Source: Eledone cirrhosa
Lineage: Eukaryota
DNA length: 64,000 bases
Reading direction: 5' to 3'
Assembly: GCA_964016885.1 (NCBI GenBank)
Contig: OZ024745.1
Span: 31,868,001 to 31,932,000, forward strand
Shown here: positions 25,636 to 39,241 of the stretch, piece after piece
How the letters are laid out: the number at the start of each line of letters is the position of its first letter
Position numbering within the stretch: position 1 is the stretch's first letter
The notes under the pieces: model-generated
Database searches by the model: none
Told to the model about the DNA's origin: nothing
What the model saw: the letters and a program-made list of their open reading frames with translations, nothing else
Made by a program: the position numbers and the translations under genes

Positions 25636-25735
25636 GATATTTACTCCGTCACTCCTATGTGGAAAAAGTACGTTGAGTGCTTGAATTGAATTGCATCAAT
25701 ATTTACCCTAAGTATATATATATATATTAGAAACG

Positions 25736-25771
<36 letters not shown>

Positions 25772-25825
25772 CGTTTCTAAATTTGTTTAGCAAGATTCTT
25801 TATCTGAAAACGTGTGTTGAAACCA

Positions 25826-25975
25826 ATATTGTTATACTTTGGGAGGGTCATGTTGCCAATAAGAAACACACGCACCAGTTGCTTTCACTTCAATTTATTA
25901 TAATAAATTGAAGTGAAAGCAATTGGTGCGTGTGTTTCTTATTGGCAACATGACCCTCCCAAAGTATAACAATAT
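25826..25975. repeat. 150-bp near-perfect palindrome of a recurrent (TA)n-associated repeat family
   Basis: Centre at 25900/25901; the family recurs at 32025-32165, 44820-44930, 50886-50970, 51341-51481 and 53452-53598. Confidence 0.92.
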
Positions 25976-26198
25976 ATATATATACATACATACATACACA
26001 TGGTTCTTTATCTTCGTATTTCACCTCCTCCCCCTCTCGTTAAATTACGTCCTCTTTCACTCACTATAATTCTCTCTCTCTCTCTCTCTCTCTCTTCTCA
26101 ATCTATCGCACTGCACCTTTCACAATTGTTTGTTAATTTTTTTAAATTTTATTTTAGCCTACCTGTCGCTCTCTACTTTGCATTATATCTCCACTTTG

Positions 26199-26390
26199 GA
26201 GGTGGATTGGCAGTACCGGTAGAGGGTTGGGGTGCCATGCTTTGCAGCATGGAGTTACGGCCCTTTACGATCTGAGTTCAAATACTGCCGAGGTTAACTT
26301 TGCCTTTAATCCTTACGGGGTCGATAAAATAAAGTACCAGTAATACACTGGGATAATTACTGGCCTTGTGCCAAAAGTAGAAACAATTAT
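26199..26390 (+). mobile_element. tRNA-derived SINE
   Basis: Same family as 47015-47201. Confidence 0.88.
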
Positions 26391-26429
26391 ATCTACACTT
26401 TATTCCCCAAAGTCCTTAATATATCACAT

Positions 26430-27760
26430 GTGGTGATATATTTGAGCTATGTCCTGTCATGGTATATCTCAACTGTACTTTATGGTGGTATATTGTATAT
26501 CTCATCTGTCATGATATATCACAGCTAGAGACTGTAGTGATATATCTCGTCTTTACCCCATCGTGGTATATTTCAGCTGTGGTATATCTGAGGTGGTATA
26601 TCTGAGCTATGCCCTGTCATGGTATATCTCAACTGTACTCTATGGTGGTATATTGTATATCTCAGCTTTCATGGTATATCTCAGCTATAGACTGTAGTGA
26701 TATATCTCGTCTTTACCCCATCGTGGTATATTTCAGCTGTGGTATATCTGAGCTATGCCCTGTCATGGTATATCTCAACTGTACTCTATGGTGGTATATT
26801 GTATATCTCAGCTGTCATGGTATATCTCAGCTATAGACTGTAGTGATATATCTCGTCTTTACCCCATCGTGGTATATTTCAGCTGTGGTATATCTGAGGT
26901 GGTATATCTGAGCTATGTCCTGTCATGGTATATCTCAACTGTACTCTATGGTGGTATATTGTATATCTCAGCTATAGACTGTAGTGATATATCTCATCTT
27001 TACTCCATCGTGATATATTTCAGCTGTGGTATATCTGAGGTGGTATATCTGAGCTATGCCCTGTCATGGTATATCTCAACTGTACTCTATGGTGGTATAT
27101 TGTATATATCAGCTGTCATGGTATATCTCAGCTATAGACTGTAGTGATATATCTCGTCTTTACCCCATCGTGGTATATTTCAGCTGTGGTATATCTGAGG
27201 TGGTATATCTGAGCTATGCCCTGTCATGGTATATCTCAACTGTACTCTATGGTGGTATATTGTATATATCAGCTGTCATGGTATATCTCAGCTATAGACT
27301 GTAGTGATATATCTCGTCTTTACCCCATCGTGGTATATTTCAGCTGTGGTATATCTGAGGGGGTATATCTGAGCTATGCCCTGTCATGGTATATCTCAAC
27401 TGTACTCTATGGTGGTATATTGTATATATCAGCTGTCATGGTATATCTCAGCTATAGACTGTAGTAATATATCTCATCTTTACCCCCATCGTGATATATT
27501 TCAGCTGTGGTATATCTGAGGTGGTATATCTGAGCTATGCCCTGTCATGGTATATCTCAACTGTACTCTATGGTGGTATATTGTATATATCAGCTGTCAT
27601 GATATATCACAGCTAGAGACTGTGGTGATATATCTCATCTTTACCCCATCGTGGTATATTTCAGCTGTGGTATATCTGAGGGGGTATATCTGAGCTATGC
27701 CCTGTCATGGTATATCTCAACTGTACTCTATGGTGGTATATTGTATATCTCAGCTGTGCC
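26430..27760. repeat. ~160-bp higher-order tandem repeat built from GGTATATCTCAGCT-like subunits
   Basis: Direct periodicity with subunit drop-outs. Confidence 0.9.
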
Positions 27761-27789
27761 CGGTGGTGATATATCTTGGCTTTACACCA

Positions 27790-28132
27790 TAGTTGTACAT
27801 CTCAGCTATGCTCTGTGGACAAGGCAGTGTTACACCTTTGGCTGGGTGGTACATCTCAGCTATGATCTGTGGACAAGGCAGTGATACACCTTTGGCTGGG
27901 TGGTACATCTCAGGTATGTTTTGTGGACAAGGCAGTGATACACCTTTGGCTGGGTGGTACATCTCAGCTATGCTCTGTGGACAAGGCAGTGATACACCTT
28001 TAGCTAGGTGGTATATCTCTGCTATGCTCTGTGGACAAGGCAGTAATACACCTTTGGCTGGGTGGTACATCTCAGGTATGTTCTGTGGACAAGGCAGTGA
28101 TACACCTTTAGCTGGGTGGTAATCTCAGCTAT
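27790..28132. repeat. 60-bp tandem repeat (~5.5 copies)
   Basis: Unit GTACATCTCAGCTATGCTCTGTGGACAAGGCAGTGATACACCTTTGGCTGGGTG. Confidence 0.92.
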
Positions 28133-28237
28133 GCCCCAAAGATCAGATGGTGCAAACATTGCTGTAGAGAACCACCAGCGACATTCGGTGTATCAGCCAT
28201 CCATTCCGCTTAGCAAGGGTATTTCCTCAGGAGGGAT

Positions 28238-28295
<58 letters not shown>

Positions 28296-28319
28296 TCCCT
28301 ATTTTCAACAGAAAACCTA

Positions 28320-28618
28320 TGGTTGGGACTGAGGATATATCACCGAATAGGAAACTTTGACCTGGTGCTACAGATATGAGGTTAGAATGTCTAAAGAAAG
28401 AATTGCTTGAGAGATTTTACAGGCGAAGCGAACCAGCAGGTGGCACAGGGGTATAACATTAGCAAGATGGTTGGATAATATCAATAAGTTCAGCTGAAAA
28501 AGAAAAGGAAGACAAAGAAGAAGAAGAAGAAGAAGAAGAAGAAGAAGAAGAAGAAGAAGAAGAAGAAGAAGAAGAAGAAGAAGAAGAAGAAGAAGAAGAA
28601 GAAGAAGAAGAAGAAGAA
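28320..28618 (+). mobile_element. Possible old RTE-like LINE 3' end with a (GAA)n tail
   Basis: Residual RMSKERIA...ILQAK...RG...RWLDNI followed by a long (GAA)n. Confidence 0.4.
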
Positions 28619-28896
28619 AAACTGCCTCACCATTCGTGTTTGTTTACCTGTCTCTCTTTCTCCACCCAACTCTTTTTATCTCAGTAACTTAATTTAGTTA
28701 TTGTATCGCCCTAGCTTGAGATATATGGTCTATAATGCGAAGAAATACCACTGATGACGGATATTCCTGGTTTCTATTTCTAATTCTTCATTATATATAT
28801 ATATTTAAGAGTTAAACAAGATTCAATGAATACATCAAAGAATGAGTTTTACAATAGATTGGAAGCACTCTACAGTAATTGTTTTCCAAAGTTATT

Positions 28897-29808
28897 AATA
28901 TTAATTCAAAATATTAACAAAATAGATATTCTTGTGATCAATTATATTTTATTATACATATTTCAGAGGTACTGAATTAAGTTCAACAGTACATCCTCAT
29001 CAGATAAAATAAAATGATACATGACATACCCTGACATGGTAGATGGTTAATATTTAATCAAGGTAGTGATTAACTTATGACAAAACTCAATATTTATACC
29101 CTAATATTTAGAACATGAGATAACGTAATACAAACACTAGAGCGGGTGCGAGTAATATATTTTAAGAAATACTTTGCATCAATATAACAGTTATAAAATT
29201 TTATAATTTTTAAAAACTACTAGAGAAAGAGGAGGGAAAGGAAAACATAGAGTAAGAAACGGCTGATGTGATGACATATTTAGTATGTGGCTTGAAGTAT
29301 TAAACTTAAAGAAGTCAGAATTTTCAACTATATATATATATTGATCATAATATACCAAGATTATAGTTTATTATAAGGCCGGTTGATACTTTAGGCACTC
29401 AAATTAATTAATTATAAGGCCGGTTAAATTCATAAATTATTATAAATTATATTATAGAAGCTGTTGTCAATATTATAAATTCTTTAATTATTAAAAATTA
29501 TATTATAGAAGCTGTTGTCAATATTATAAGTAATTTTGGTAAATATTACCTTCGTGGGGATATAAAACATTATATATATATATTTTCTTTCTCGTGTTTC
29601 GTAAATCCTTTAAATTTGTTTTCATTAAATTTGAATTTTAGAAATTTAACATAATTATACTATAATATTAATAAAAATATCTTTTAGAACCTAAAATATG
29701 ATTCTTTACCCTGAAATAACATAAATTAAATATTTTGAAAATTAACCGCCAACTATATTATATAGAAATCTGTGTGTATAGAAACCTGAACATAAATTAC
29801 TCCCCTTT

Positions 29809-29859
<51 letters not shown>

Positions 29860-30263
29860 AATCATCTTTCATCTGTCTTCTCAAGCCACATACTAAATAT
29901 GTCATCACATCAGCTGTTTCTTCCTCTATGTTTCCCTTTCCCTCCTCTTTCTCTAGTAGTTTTATAAAATTTTATAACTGTTATATTGATGCCATGTATT
30001 TCTTTAAATATATTACTCGCACCCTCCCTATTGTTTGTATTACGTTATCTCATATTCTCAATATTAGGGTATAAATATGAGTTTTTGTCATAAGTTAATC
30101 ACTACCATGACTGAATCTTAACCATCTACTATGTCAGGGTATGTCATGTATCATTTTATTTTATCTGTTGAGGACGTACTGTTGAACTTAACTCAGTACC
30201 TCTTAAATATGTATAATAAAATATAATTGATCACAAGAATATCTATTTTGTTAATATTTTGAA

Positions 30264-30270
<7 letters not shown>
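28897..30270. repeat. Diverged inverted repeat (arms ~28897-29298 and ~29877-30270) of the AT-rich hammerhead-bearing pLTR family
   Basis: Reverse-complement match; intact CTGATGA...GAAA on the minus strand at ~28945-29012; mutated copy at ~30158-30222. Confidence 0.85.
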
Positions 30271-30315
<45 letters not shown>

Positions 30316-30394
30316 TGTATATATATGTATATATGTATACCTATGTATATGTATGTATATATATGTGTATACGTATGTATATATGTGTGTATAA

Positions 30395-30442
<48 letters not shown>

Positions 30443-30589
30443 CCATTGTTAGCGTAATTGAACCTTAAAAGTTAGGAGTGGCACCCCCAGCTTGAACTTG
30501 TCTATAGAATTCTTTCTACCTCTGTTATTCTAAATATAGTTTTTAAAGAATTCCCTTTTCTTTAAACCATCAACCAATGACCTCCACCC

Positions 30590-30829
30590 ATCACTAATGT
30601 AGGCGGAATGCCGCTAGAATTGGTTGAGGATTTCCTGTATTTGGGAGCAAATATTGGGAATACGGAAGATGATGTGGTTGAGAGGAAGAGGAAAGCCTGG
30701 GCGGCGTGCCACAGCTTGAAATCGGTGTGGAAGTCGAACCTTCGTAAAGACCCGAAAATCCGCCTCTTCATTGCTGTAGTGGAGTCTGTGCTGCTGTTCG
30801 GGTCTGAGACTTGGACACTGACCAAGAAA
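30590..30829 (+). pseudogene. Short LINE RT C-terminal fragment (same family as 51522-53380)
   Basis: PLELVEDFLYLGANIG...[13 protein letters not shown] nearly matches ORF 51522-52214. Confidence 0.9.
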
Positions 30830-30973
30830 TACATATATATATATATGTATATATATATAGGAACAAGTAAGACCCCGGATTCTTACTTGTTCCTATTACC
30901 CACTCTACTACCCTAAGTATTGAGTACTTTGGTGCGTTATGGTCTACCTGGTTCCTTACCACATTTCTTTCGT

Positions 30974-31027
<54 letters not shown>

Positions 31028-31036
31028 CATACATAC

Positions 31037-31185
<149 letters not shown>

Positions 31186-31191
31186 TATAAT

Positions 31192-31571
31192 TATTCAAAA
31201 TATTAATAAATGAAAAATATTCTCATAACCAAAATATATATTTTATTATACATATTTCAAAGGTACAATGGTGTTTAAGTACGTTTTCATCAGATAAAAT
31301 ATATGAGAGATTGGATATGCGAAATACCGCTACAGTTTTGATTATTCAATTCCAGTAGTGGTAGTGATTTATTTCACCAACCCTGTGGTAATGATTTATT
31401 CACTACTGGAATTCAATAATCAAAACCGTAGTGGTATGTCGCATATCCAATCTCTCATATATTTTATCTGAGGAAAACGTACTTAAACACCATTGTACCT
31501 TTGAAATATGTATAATAAAATATATATTTTGGTTATGAGAATATGTTTTTCATTTATTAATATTTTGAATA
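31192..31571. repeat. Fold-back palindrome with a hammerhead motif in each arm
   Basis: TATTTTAT-CTGAGGA...GAAA-TATGTA-TA-ATAAAATA at ~31460-31522; CTGATGA version on the minus strand at ~31238-31300. Confidence 0.85.
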
Positions 31572-31939
31572 ATATTAAATACTCCAGAAATACAGTCGAG
31601 TGCTTCTAATCTATTGTAAAATTTTATTCGTTGAATAATCAACGAACCCTATAAACTTTGGTTATACACACATATATATATATATATATATGTATAAACA
31701 CATACATATATATATGTATATATATATACACACATACATATATATATATACACACATATATATGTATATATATACACTTATATATATATATACACATATA
31801 TACATATACATACAGACATACATATACAGACATACATATATATATATATATATACACACACATACATATATACACACATATATATATATACATATATATA
31901 TATATAATATATATATATATACATATATATATATACACA

Positions 31940-32032
<93 letters not shown>

Positions 32033-32162
32033 ATACTTTGGGAGGGTCATGTTGCCAATAAGAAACACACGTTATTGACAACATGACCCTCCCAAAGTAT
32101 AACAATATCGGTTTCAACACACGTTTTCAGATAAAGAATCTTGCTAAACAAATTCAGAAACG

Positions 32163-32202
<40 letters not shown>

Positions 32203-32497
32203 CTTAGAGTTTAGACTCAAAGAGGTCATTTACAATAATTTCAGCTGTAGGAATCGCTTCTGAGCAGTATAAATTAATATTTGATGAACATTTACATGTT
32301 ATAGTTGCAATTGACTAATAAGATCGCTAGAGTGAAAAATCTTAATTCAACAACATCCATATGAGTCTGTGAGTATTGATTTATTATTTTCTAGATCGTA
32401 CAGGCAGACCTTATGTTGTTGAATTAAGATGTTTCACTCTAGCGATCTTATTAGTCAATTGCAACTATAACATGTAAATGTTCATCAAATATTAATT

Positions 32498-32582
<85 letters not shown>

Positions 32583-32978
32583 GTAGATAAATCTACCAAG
32601 AGTTTACGGTAGTGTCCAATCCGTATGAAGAACTCAATGTAATCCGGATATCATGGAAAGAAGAGATGCAATGAAATATCACTTTCGGTGAAAGATAAAC
32701 GGAATACAGAGTCAAGATAAAATATTAAAAAAATAATGAATAAAACAATGAAACAGTTCCTTATATTAAACAAAAAAAGTTCATTATTTAACGATCGTTT
32801 CTAGGATATATATGTGTTAGAATTGGCATGCATATAATTTTGTATAATTTTGTACATAGATCTGTTGAATATGCATGCCAATTCTAACACACATATATCC
32901 TAGAAACGATCGTTAAATAATGAACTTTTTTTGTTTAATATAAGGAACTGTTTCATTGTTTTATTCATTATTTTTTAA

Positions 32979-33036
<58 letters not shown>

Positions 33037-34886
33037 TATATATCAGATCAGTGGATCTGCTAATATGCAGATCTGACTGATCAGCCAGTCTGCTAATATG
33101 CAAATCAGGCCGATCAGTCACTGTGTATTTTTGAAAATAACATATATTTTCACTAGCTCTGACAGTTTGGCAGGTGAACAGTGAGCTGTACTGATGAAGG
33201 GTGATACCCAGAAACATTAGTGTCTGCAGTTCTGTTTACATGCCAACACAAGAGCAAGAATGAAGTCTTCATTCTACTGACATGGCTATACAATTGAGGC
33301 TTGTTTGCATAATTGCAAACAAATCGAATGTTATTATTAATATTCGAAAAACTCAGATTACATTTATTGTATTCAGCCATGTAGAGCGAAATTTTCTTAT
33401 ATATATATATAATTAAAAGTTTAACAAAGTTCAATGAATTCATCAATGAATAAAGTTTCACAATAGATTATAAGCACTCTACAAAAAGGTTTTCTGGAGT
33501 TATTAATATTACTTCAAAATATTAATAAATATAAACATTCATGTGATCAAATATATTTTATTATACATATTTCAGAGATACTGAGCTATTTCAACAGTAC
33601 GTCCTCATCAGATAAAATAAGTTGGTGCCTGACATACATTGACTATGTTGATGGTTATAATTTAGTCATGGCAGTGATTAGTTATGACAAAACTCGATAT
33701 TTATATACCTTAAGTTGAAACATGAAAAATTACGTATAATACAGAGGGTGCGTATGAGAATGTGTAAAAAGATATATAAATAATTAATAATATATAATAC
33801 ATAAACTTCTATAACTGTTAAAAATTTAAATAATAATATATTCATACCTCATTATTGTTGATAGTGGAAGTGATAGATCGAGATAGCAAATCATGAGGAA
33901 AGAGAGAAAAAGAAGGAGATTTGATCGTAGGAACAAGAGAAGGGAGAAATGATCAAATGATAGAGAGAGGAAAATAAGTTAAATCGTATAATCAAAGGGA
34001 GGGAGATATGTATTGTAACATGTAAATAGCGTATAATTAGATAGGGGGAAAGAATAATGCGTGACCGTTTATTTTCAAATCTTAAGTTAATTGAAAATAG
34101 TCAATTAATCAAATAACCTAAGATTTTAGACTATCAAATTTTAAAGGATTTATATTATTGTATTATATCTGAGTTCAAGCAAATGTAACGTGAAAGAGAT
34201 AAATTTATGTCCATCATAACTCCAAAGGTAGTCACAAGTATATTTAAAAGTATATTAAAATCAAGAATATAATCAATATATTAGTAAAAAAAAACCTTAA
34301 AATTAAAATGTTATTAATAAGTCATAAAGCATTATAAATGTATCTAATAAGATATTATTAAACCAGATTTATCTAGATATACACATTTATATAATTTATA
34401 TATAGACTATAAATTTTTAGGTTTAAGACGATATTATTCACTTATATGTAGTATAATTTCTGTTGAGAGTGTTATAAATTTAATTCAACTAGATTTTACT
34501 GTATTTAAAATTTTACATCAATTTAAGTATACAAAAAATGTATCAACTTGGATCTAAGGAGACTTTTATACTATAAATGTATAATCATATCCTCATGAAT
34601 CGTAAATAACCTTTCAAAGTAATTAACCGGTTTACAAGCCTGAATACATTAAAGGTATCAAATATATAAGATATAAGATTTAGAAAATACGAAAACCAAA
34701 ATTAAATGTATTTAAACAATGTAAAGGTCATACGTACTCAACAAGAGATCAGGTTAACACTTTCAATGTTAAGGTAGAAACCCTTAATCTAATATTAATA
34801 ATAGTATAAATAATAAAAGCATTACAAGAATTTTTAATCTGAGACAATATTTTTATTAATAAACGTCTAAATCATTTCACATTTAT

Positions 34887-35650
34887 TCAATGTTTTTTCC
34901 TGATTTTTTGTGAAACTTGGAATGTAGATATAGCTTTGTGCAAGCAATTTGAGAATAATTCACTTTTTTTGTTAATTAACTTATCATAATTAGTAATTAT
35001 TAATAGGGTCTCCATATCACAAAGATTGCAGTTAGGTGATACGGATGAATTAACGTAGACTTGGCTATTACAGAGTTTTGACCAAAATAGTGAGTACTCT
35101 AAATTTTTGTCTTTCAAGGACCATATGAGTTGTGATAAAGAAGTGGAGAATTTCTTATCCGGATTCGAAAAAGAGTGCTTGTGATTCGAATATCTTAATT
35201 TAAAGCTCGATGAGGTTGCTCCTATATAGTTGTAGGTGATGTTATTTGCTTTAACAGTACATTTATAAACTAGGTTCTTATCAAGACAATTATTTTGCAG
35301 AGGGCAATTCGATCTATTTCTACAGTTACATTTCGATTTACTGTTATTATTATAATTTAAACTGTACACGTTATCATTGCTAATAGATGAAGGTGTTCTG
35401 TTGTGAGTGCTTAAGTTAATGTTATTGTTATTCACAGTATCAATATTATTGCTAATGTTAATATTGCCATTATCCCTAATTGTTTGTTGGTTATGATTAA
35501 GAATTCTACTATTTATTTTTTCAATGTCCTGTGCCATATTCATAGTTGTTGAGTAAGATAGCTTAGTTGTATGTCTATTGAATATAGAATGGTATTTATG
35601 TGTACTGGGAAAGCATTTATCTAAAGCCTTAAAGAATAAATTTGCCAGGG
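34887..35650 (-). CDS. PLE RT-thumb/linker plus GIY-YIG endonuclease (C-terminal fragment)
   Basis: KCNCRNRSNCPLQNNC...LVYKC...YIGATSSSFKLRYSNHKHSF...CNLCDME; the frame continues upstream of the called ATG up to the inversion junction. Confidence 0.85.
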
Positions 35651-36302
35651 GTGTTTGATTTTAATATACTTTTAAATATACTTGTGAATACCTTTGGAGT
35701 TATGATGGACATAAACTTATCTCTTTCACGTTACATTTGCTTGAACTCAGATATAATACAATAATATAAATCCTTTAAAATTTGATAGTCTAAAATCTTA
35801 GGTCATTTGATTAATTGACTATTTTCAATTAACTTAAGATTTGAAAATAAACGGTTACGCATTATTCTTTCCCCCTATCTAATTATACGCTATTTACATG
35901 TTACAATACATATCTCCCTCCCTTTGATTATACGATTTAACTTATTTTCCTCTCTCTATCATTTGATCATTTCTCCCTTCTCTTGTTCCTACGATCAAAT
36001 CTCCTTCTTTTTTTTCTCTCTTTCCTCATGATTTGCTATCTCGATCTATCACTTCCACTATCAACAATAATGAGGTATGAATATATTATTATTTAAATTT
36101 TTAACAGTTATAGAAGTTTATGTATTATATATTATTAATTATTTATATATCTTTTTACACATTCTCATACGCACCCTCTGTATTATACGTAATTTTTCAT
36201 GTTTCAACTTAAGGTATATAAATATCGAGTTTTGTCATAACTAATTACTGCCATGACTAAATTATAACCATCAACATAGTCAAGGTATGTCAAGCATCAA
36301 CT

Positions 36303-36367
36303 TATTTTATCTGATGAGGACGCACTGTAGAAATAGCTCATAGCTCTGAAATATGTATAATAAAATA
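36303..36367 (+). ncRNA. Type I hammerhead ribozyme motif (mirror at ~33553-33620 on the minus strand)
   Basis: TATTTTAT-CTGATGA-stem II-GAAA-TATGTA-TA-ATAAAATA. Confidence 0.75.
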
Positions 36368-36420
36368 TATTTGATCACATGAATGTCTATATTTATTAAT
36401 ATTTTGAAGTAATATATATA

Positions 36421-37655
36421 TCAAGCACTACCTCGACCTTCGCCCCTCCCTCATCCCCTCCACCCCCACCCTTCTTCGCCTCGCCGAGCTGGTCCTCACC
36501 CTAACTGTTTCTCCTTCTCGGATGAGTTTTACCAACAGGTCACGGGGGTAGCCATGGGCACAAGAATGGGCCCAAATCTTTGCCCAGTACACTGGCCCCA
36601 CGCCCGAACTGTACGGTCGTTACATCGACGACTGTATCGGAGCCACGACCCTCACCCGAGAACAGCTTGACTCCTTTCTCTCTTTCTTCTGCTCCTTCCA
36701 CCCCTCCCTCCACTTCACCACCCACGTCCACTTCTTAGACATCTCCGTCGCCTTCGACCCCTCCCACCACTCCCTCGTCACATGCGCCTTCTTCAAACCC
36801 ACCGACTCCCACTCCTACCTCGACTTCACCTCTTCCCACCTACACACACTAAACACTCTATTCCTTACTCCCAACTCCTCAGGATCCGCCGCCTCTGTAG
36901 CCGAGATGCTGACTTTGAATCCCAGACCCTTTCCCTAGTCAGCCATTTCATTCGCAGAGGTTACCCCCTCCCCCTCTCTCGTCCACACCGCTCTCACTCG
37001 CGCCCGTGCTGTCCACCGCTCCACCACCCTCACTCCACGCCACCGCACACCCACCCACCGTCTCCCCTTCCCCGTCACCTACCACCCCTCCATCCTCCGC
37101 CTCTTCCGACGCCTCCAGTCCGACCCCTCCACCTCCCACATCTTTCCAGCCCCAACACTCCCCTCCTTCAAACGCGCACGCAATCTCCGCACCCTCTTCG
37201 TCCGCAGCTCTCTACCCCTCCCCCCGGTTCCCTTCCCTGTTCCAGGCCTCGTTACAACACCTGCCCCCACATCACCAACACCACCACCTTCCAGGGTCCC
37301 AACGGCCACTCTCTCTCTGTCCGGCACGCCTTCCGCTGCACCTCCTCCAACCTAGACTATGGACTTCGCTGCACGGAGTGCAGCGCAACCTACGTCGGAC
37401 AGACTGGACGTCGCTTGGCGGACCGTTTTACCGAACACCTCCGGGATATTCGTCTCAGCGGTAGTTCCCCCATCGCCCGCCACTTTGGCGCCCCTGGACA
37501 TTCCACGCACCACCTCACAGTCTGTGGCCTACTCCAATGCCACGGAACACCCGCGACCCTCCTCAGAGTCGAATAACGCACCATCTTCACCTTACAGACC
37601 CACACTCCCCCCGGTCTGAACTCCCCACCCCTATTCCTTTAGCCTTCGAACCCCC

Positions 37656-37686
<31 letters not shown>

Positions 37687-39167
37687 ACATCCCCACTAAC
37701 ACCACTAACACACTCCTCCTTTTCACCGCCCACCACACAACTAACAATACTAACACCCCCACCACACACCCGACCACCCTTCCCCAACTAACAATACTAA
37801 CATCCCTCCTTTCTTCTTCCTCCTCCCTTTATCACGCACACACCCACTGGTACATATATACACGCACTCACACTAACCACACACCCTACTACCACCACTA
37901 ACCCTCACACCCACACATCCACTCCCACCACCCCACAACTAATACCGCTACCCCCCCCCCCCCCCCGACCCCACGCACACGAACACACACCCCCACTCTA
38001 CACACCCTACCACCACTGACCCCCACTAACACCCGCATTCAACCCTTTCCCCACCACCAGTATACTAACACCCACTTCACCACACACACACTCATCCAAA
38101 CACGCACACACACACCAGTACACTACACTCCCTCCACCGGCCCTCACACCATTATCTCCCCATCTCCGCTCAACCCACACCCCTTCACACACACACACAC
38201 ATCCCACTAACACCTCTACTAATACACACACCCTTCCCACTCCACCTTTCACACATACCCATGCTCTCCCCTGTCCACCGCACCACCGCACCTCCGCACA
38301 CACTGACACACCGACTTTCACCACCTGCCATTCTCCCCGACTGCTGCTATGCCCTGAATCTCTGACCACCTCTCCGCACACACAGACACACAACCCTCCT
38401 CCTGCCTTGACCCGCTGACCACTTCCTGTTGCGCGCGCACCCCACATCTCCCCTCTTCCGGACAACCTAACCACGGATTACACACATTGGACATTGCTCC
38501 CACGAATCAACTCCATCATAAGGAAATTACCCGGCATCCCACCACATCCTCTACGGAACTACCTTAGGAACTTACCCACGGACATACACTCAAAAAAAAT
38601 TTTTTTTCCCACACGCCACCTACATCCACCTACACCACACACACGTGCGTACCACCACATATTTACACACTCAGTCTCTGGAATCCTCTCCCCCTTGCCC
38701 ATCCACACACGCACACACACACCGACCTACACCCCACCCCACACACCTTTTCCTGAACATGCAGCCCCGTTCTTCCCCAACTCTCACATTCACATACACA
38801 CACACACACACGTACACCAACAAACACACACCACCTTCAGCCCTCCCCGCTCGGACACCCCGCCTCCCTCTCCCCACTCCACCCGCCACCACCCCTACAC
38901 GCCCCACATCCTTCCACCACTTGTTTAACTTCATGTTTATTTTTATTTTTATTATGCTTTTATATTTATTTTCATTTGTACCGTTTCCTCTCACCCCCTT
39001 TTTTCTAAATGTCTCTCCCCCACTCTCCTACACACCCTTGGAACTCTCTTCCCACACACTTTTCGTCTGAAGAAGGGCTTATGCCCGAAACATCCCCCCC
39101 CCCCCGCCCTCAAGAGCGTGAAACTAATAAACCTTTGTTCGTACTGCCTCTGTTCCCGTTCAATTTT

Positions 39168-39171
<4 letters not shown>
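36421..39171 (+). mobile_element. 5'-truncated Penelope-like element (Neptune-like) with a frameshifted RT + GIY-YIG and a long C-rich 3' region
   Basis: GVAMGTRMGP, YIDDCIG, SIPYSQLLRIRRLCS, Cys-rich linker, CTECSATYVGQTGRRLADRFTEH; flanked by TA runs. Confidence 0.9.
39063..39095 (+). ncRNA. Minimal hammerhead core in the PLE 3' pLTR
   Basis: CTGAAGA-AGGGC-TTAT-GCCC-GAAAC-ATC; stem I not evident. Confidence 0.6.

Positions 39172-39241
<70 letters not shown>

Larger units (their letters stand above)
33380..36415 (-). mobile_element. 5'-truncated Penelope-like element (Nematis-like) with an inverted pseudo-LTR
   Basis: GIY-YIG ORF between ~760-bp inverted arms (33506-34264 and 35655-36415), both containing hammerhead motifs. 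Confidence 0.88.

Noticed and set aside
25800-25830. Hammerhead in the 'CTGAAAACGTGTGTTGAAAC' family
   Set aside because: The core deviates from CUGANGA and stems I and III are not convincing; not called
37537-39070. Pro/His/Thr-rich ORFs
   Set aside because: Explained by the C/A-rich PLE tail composition
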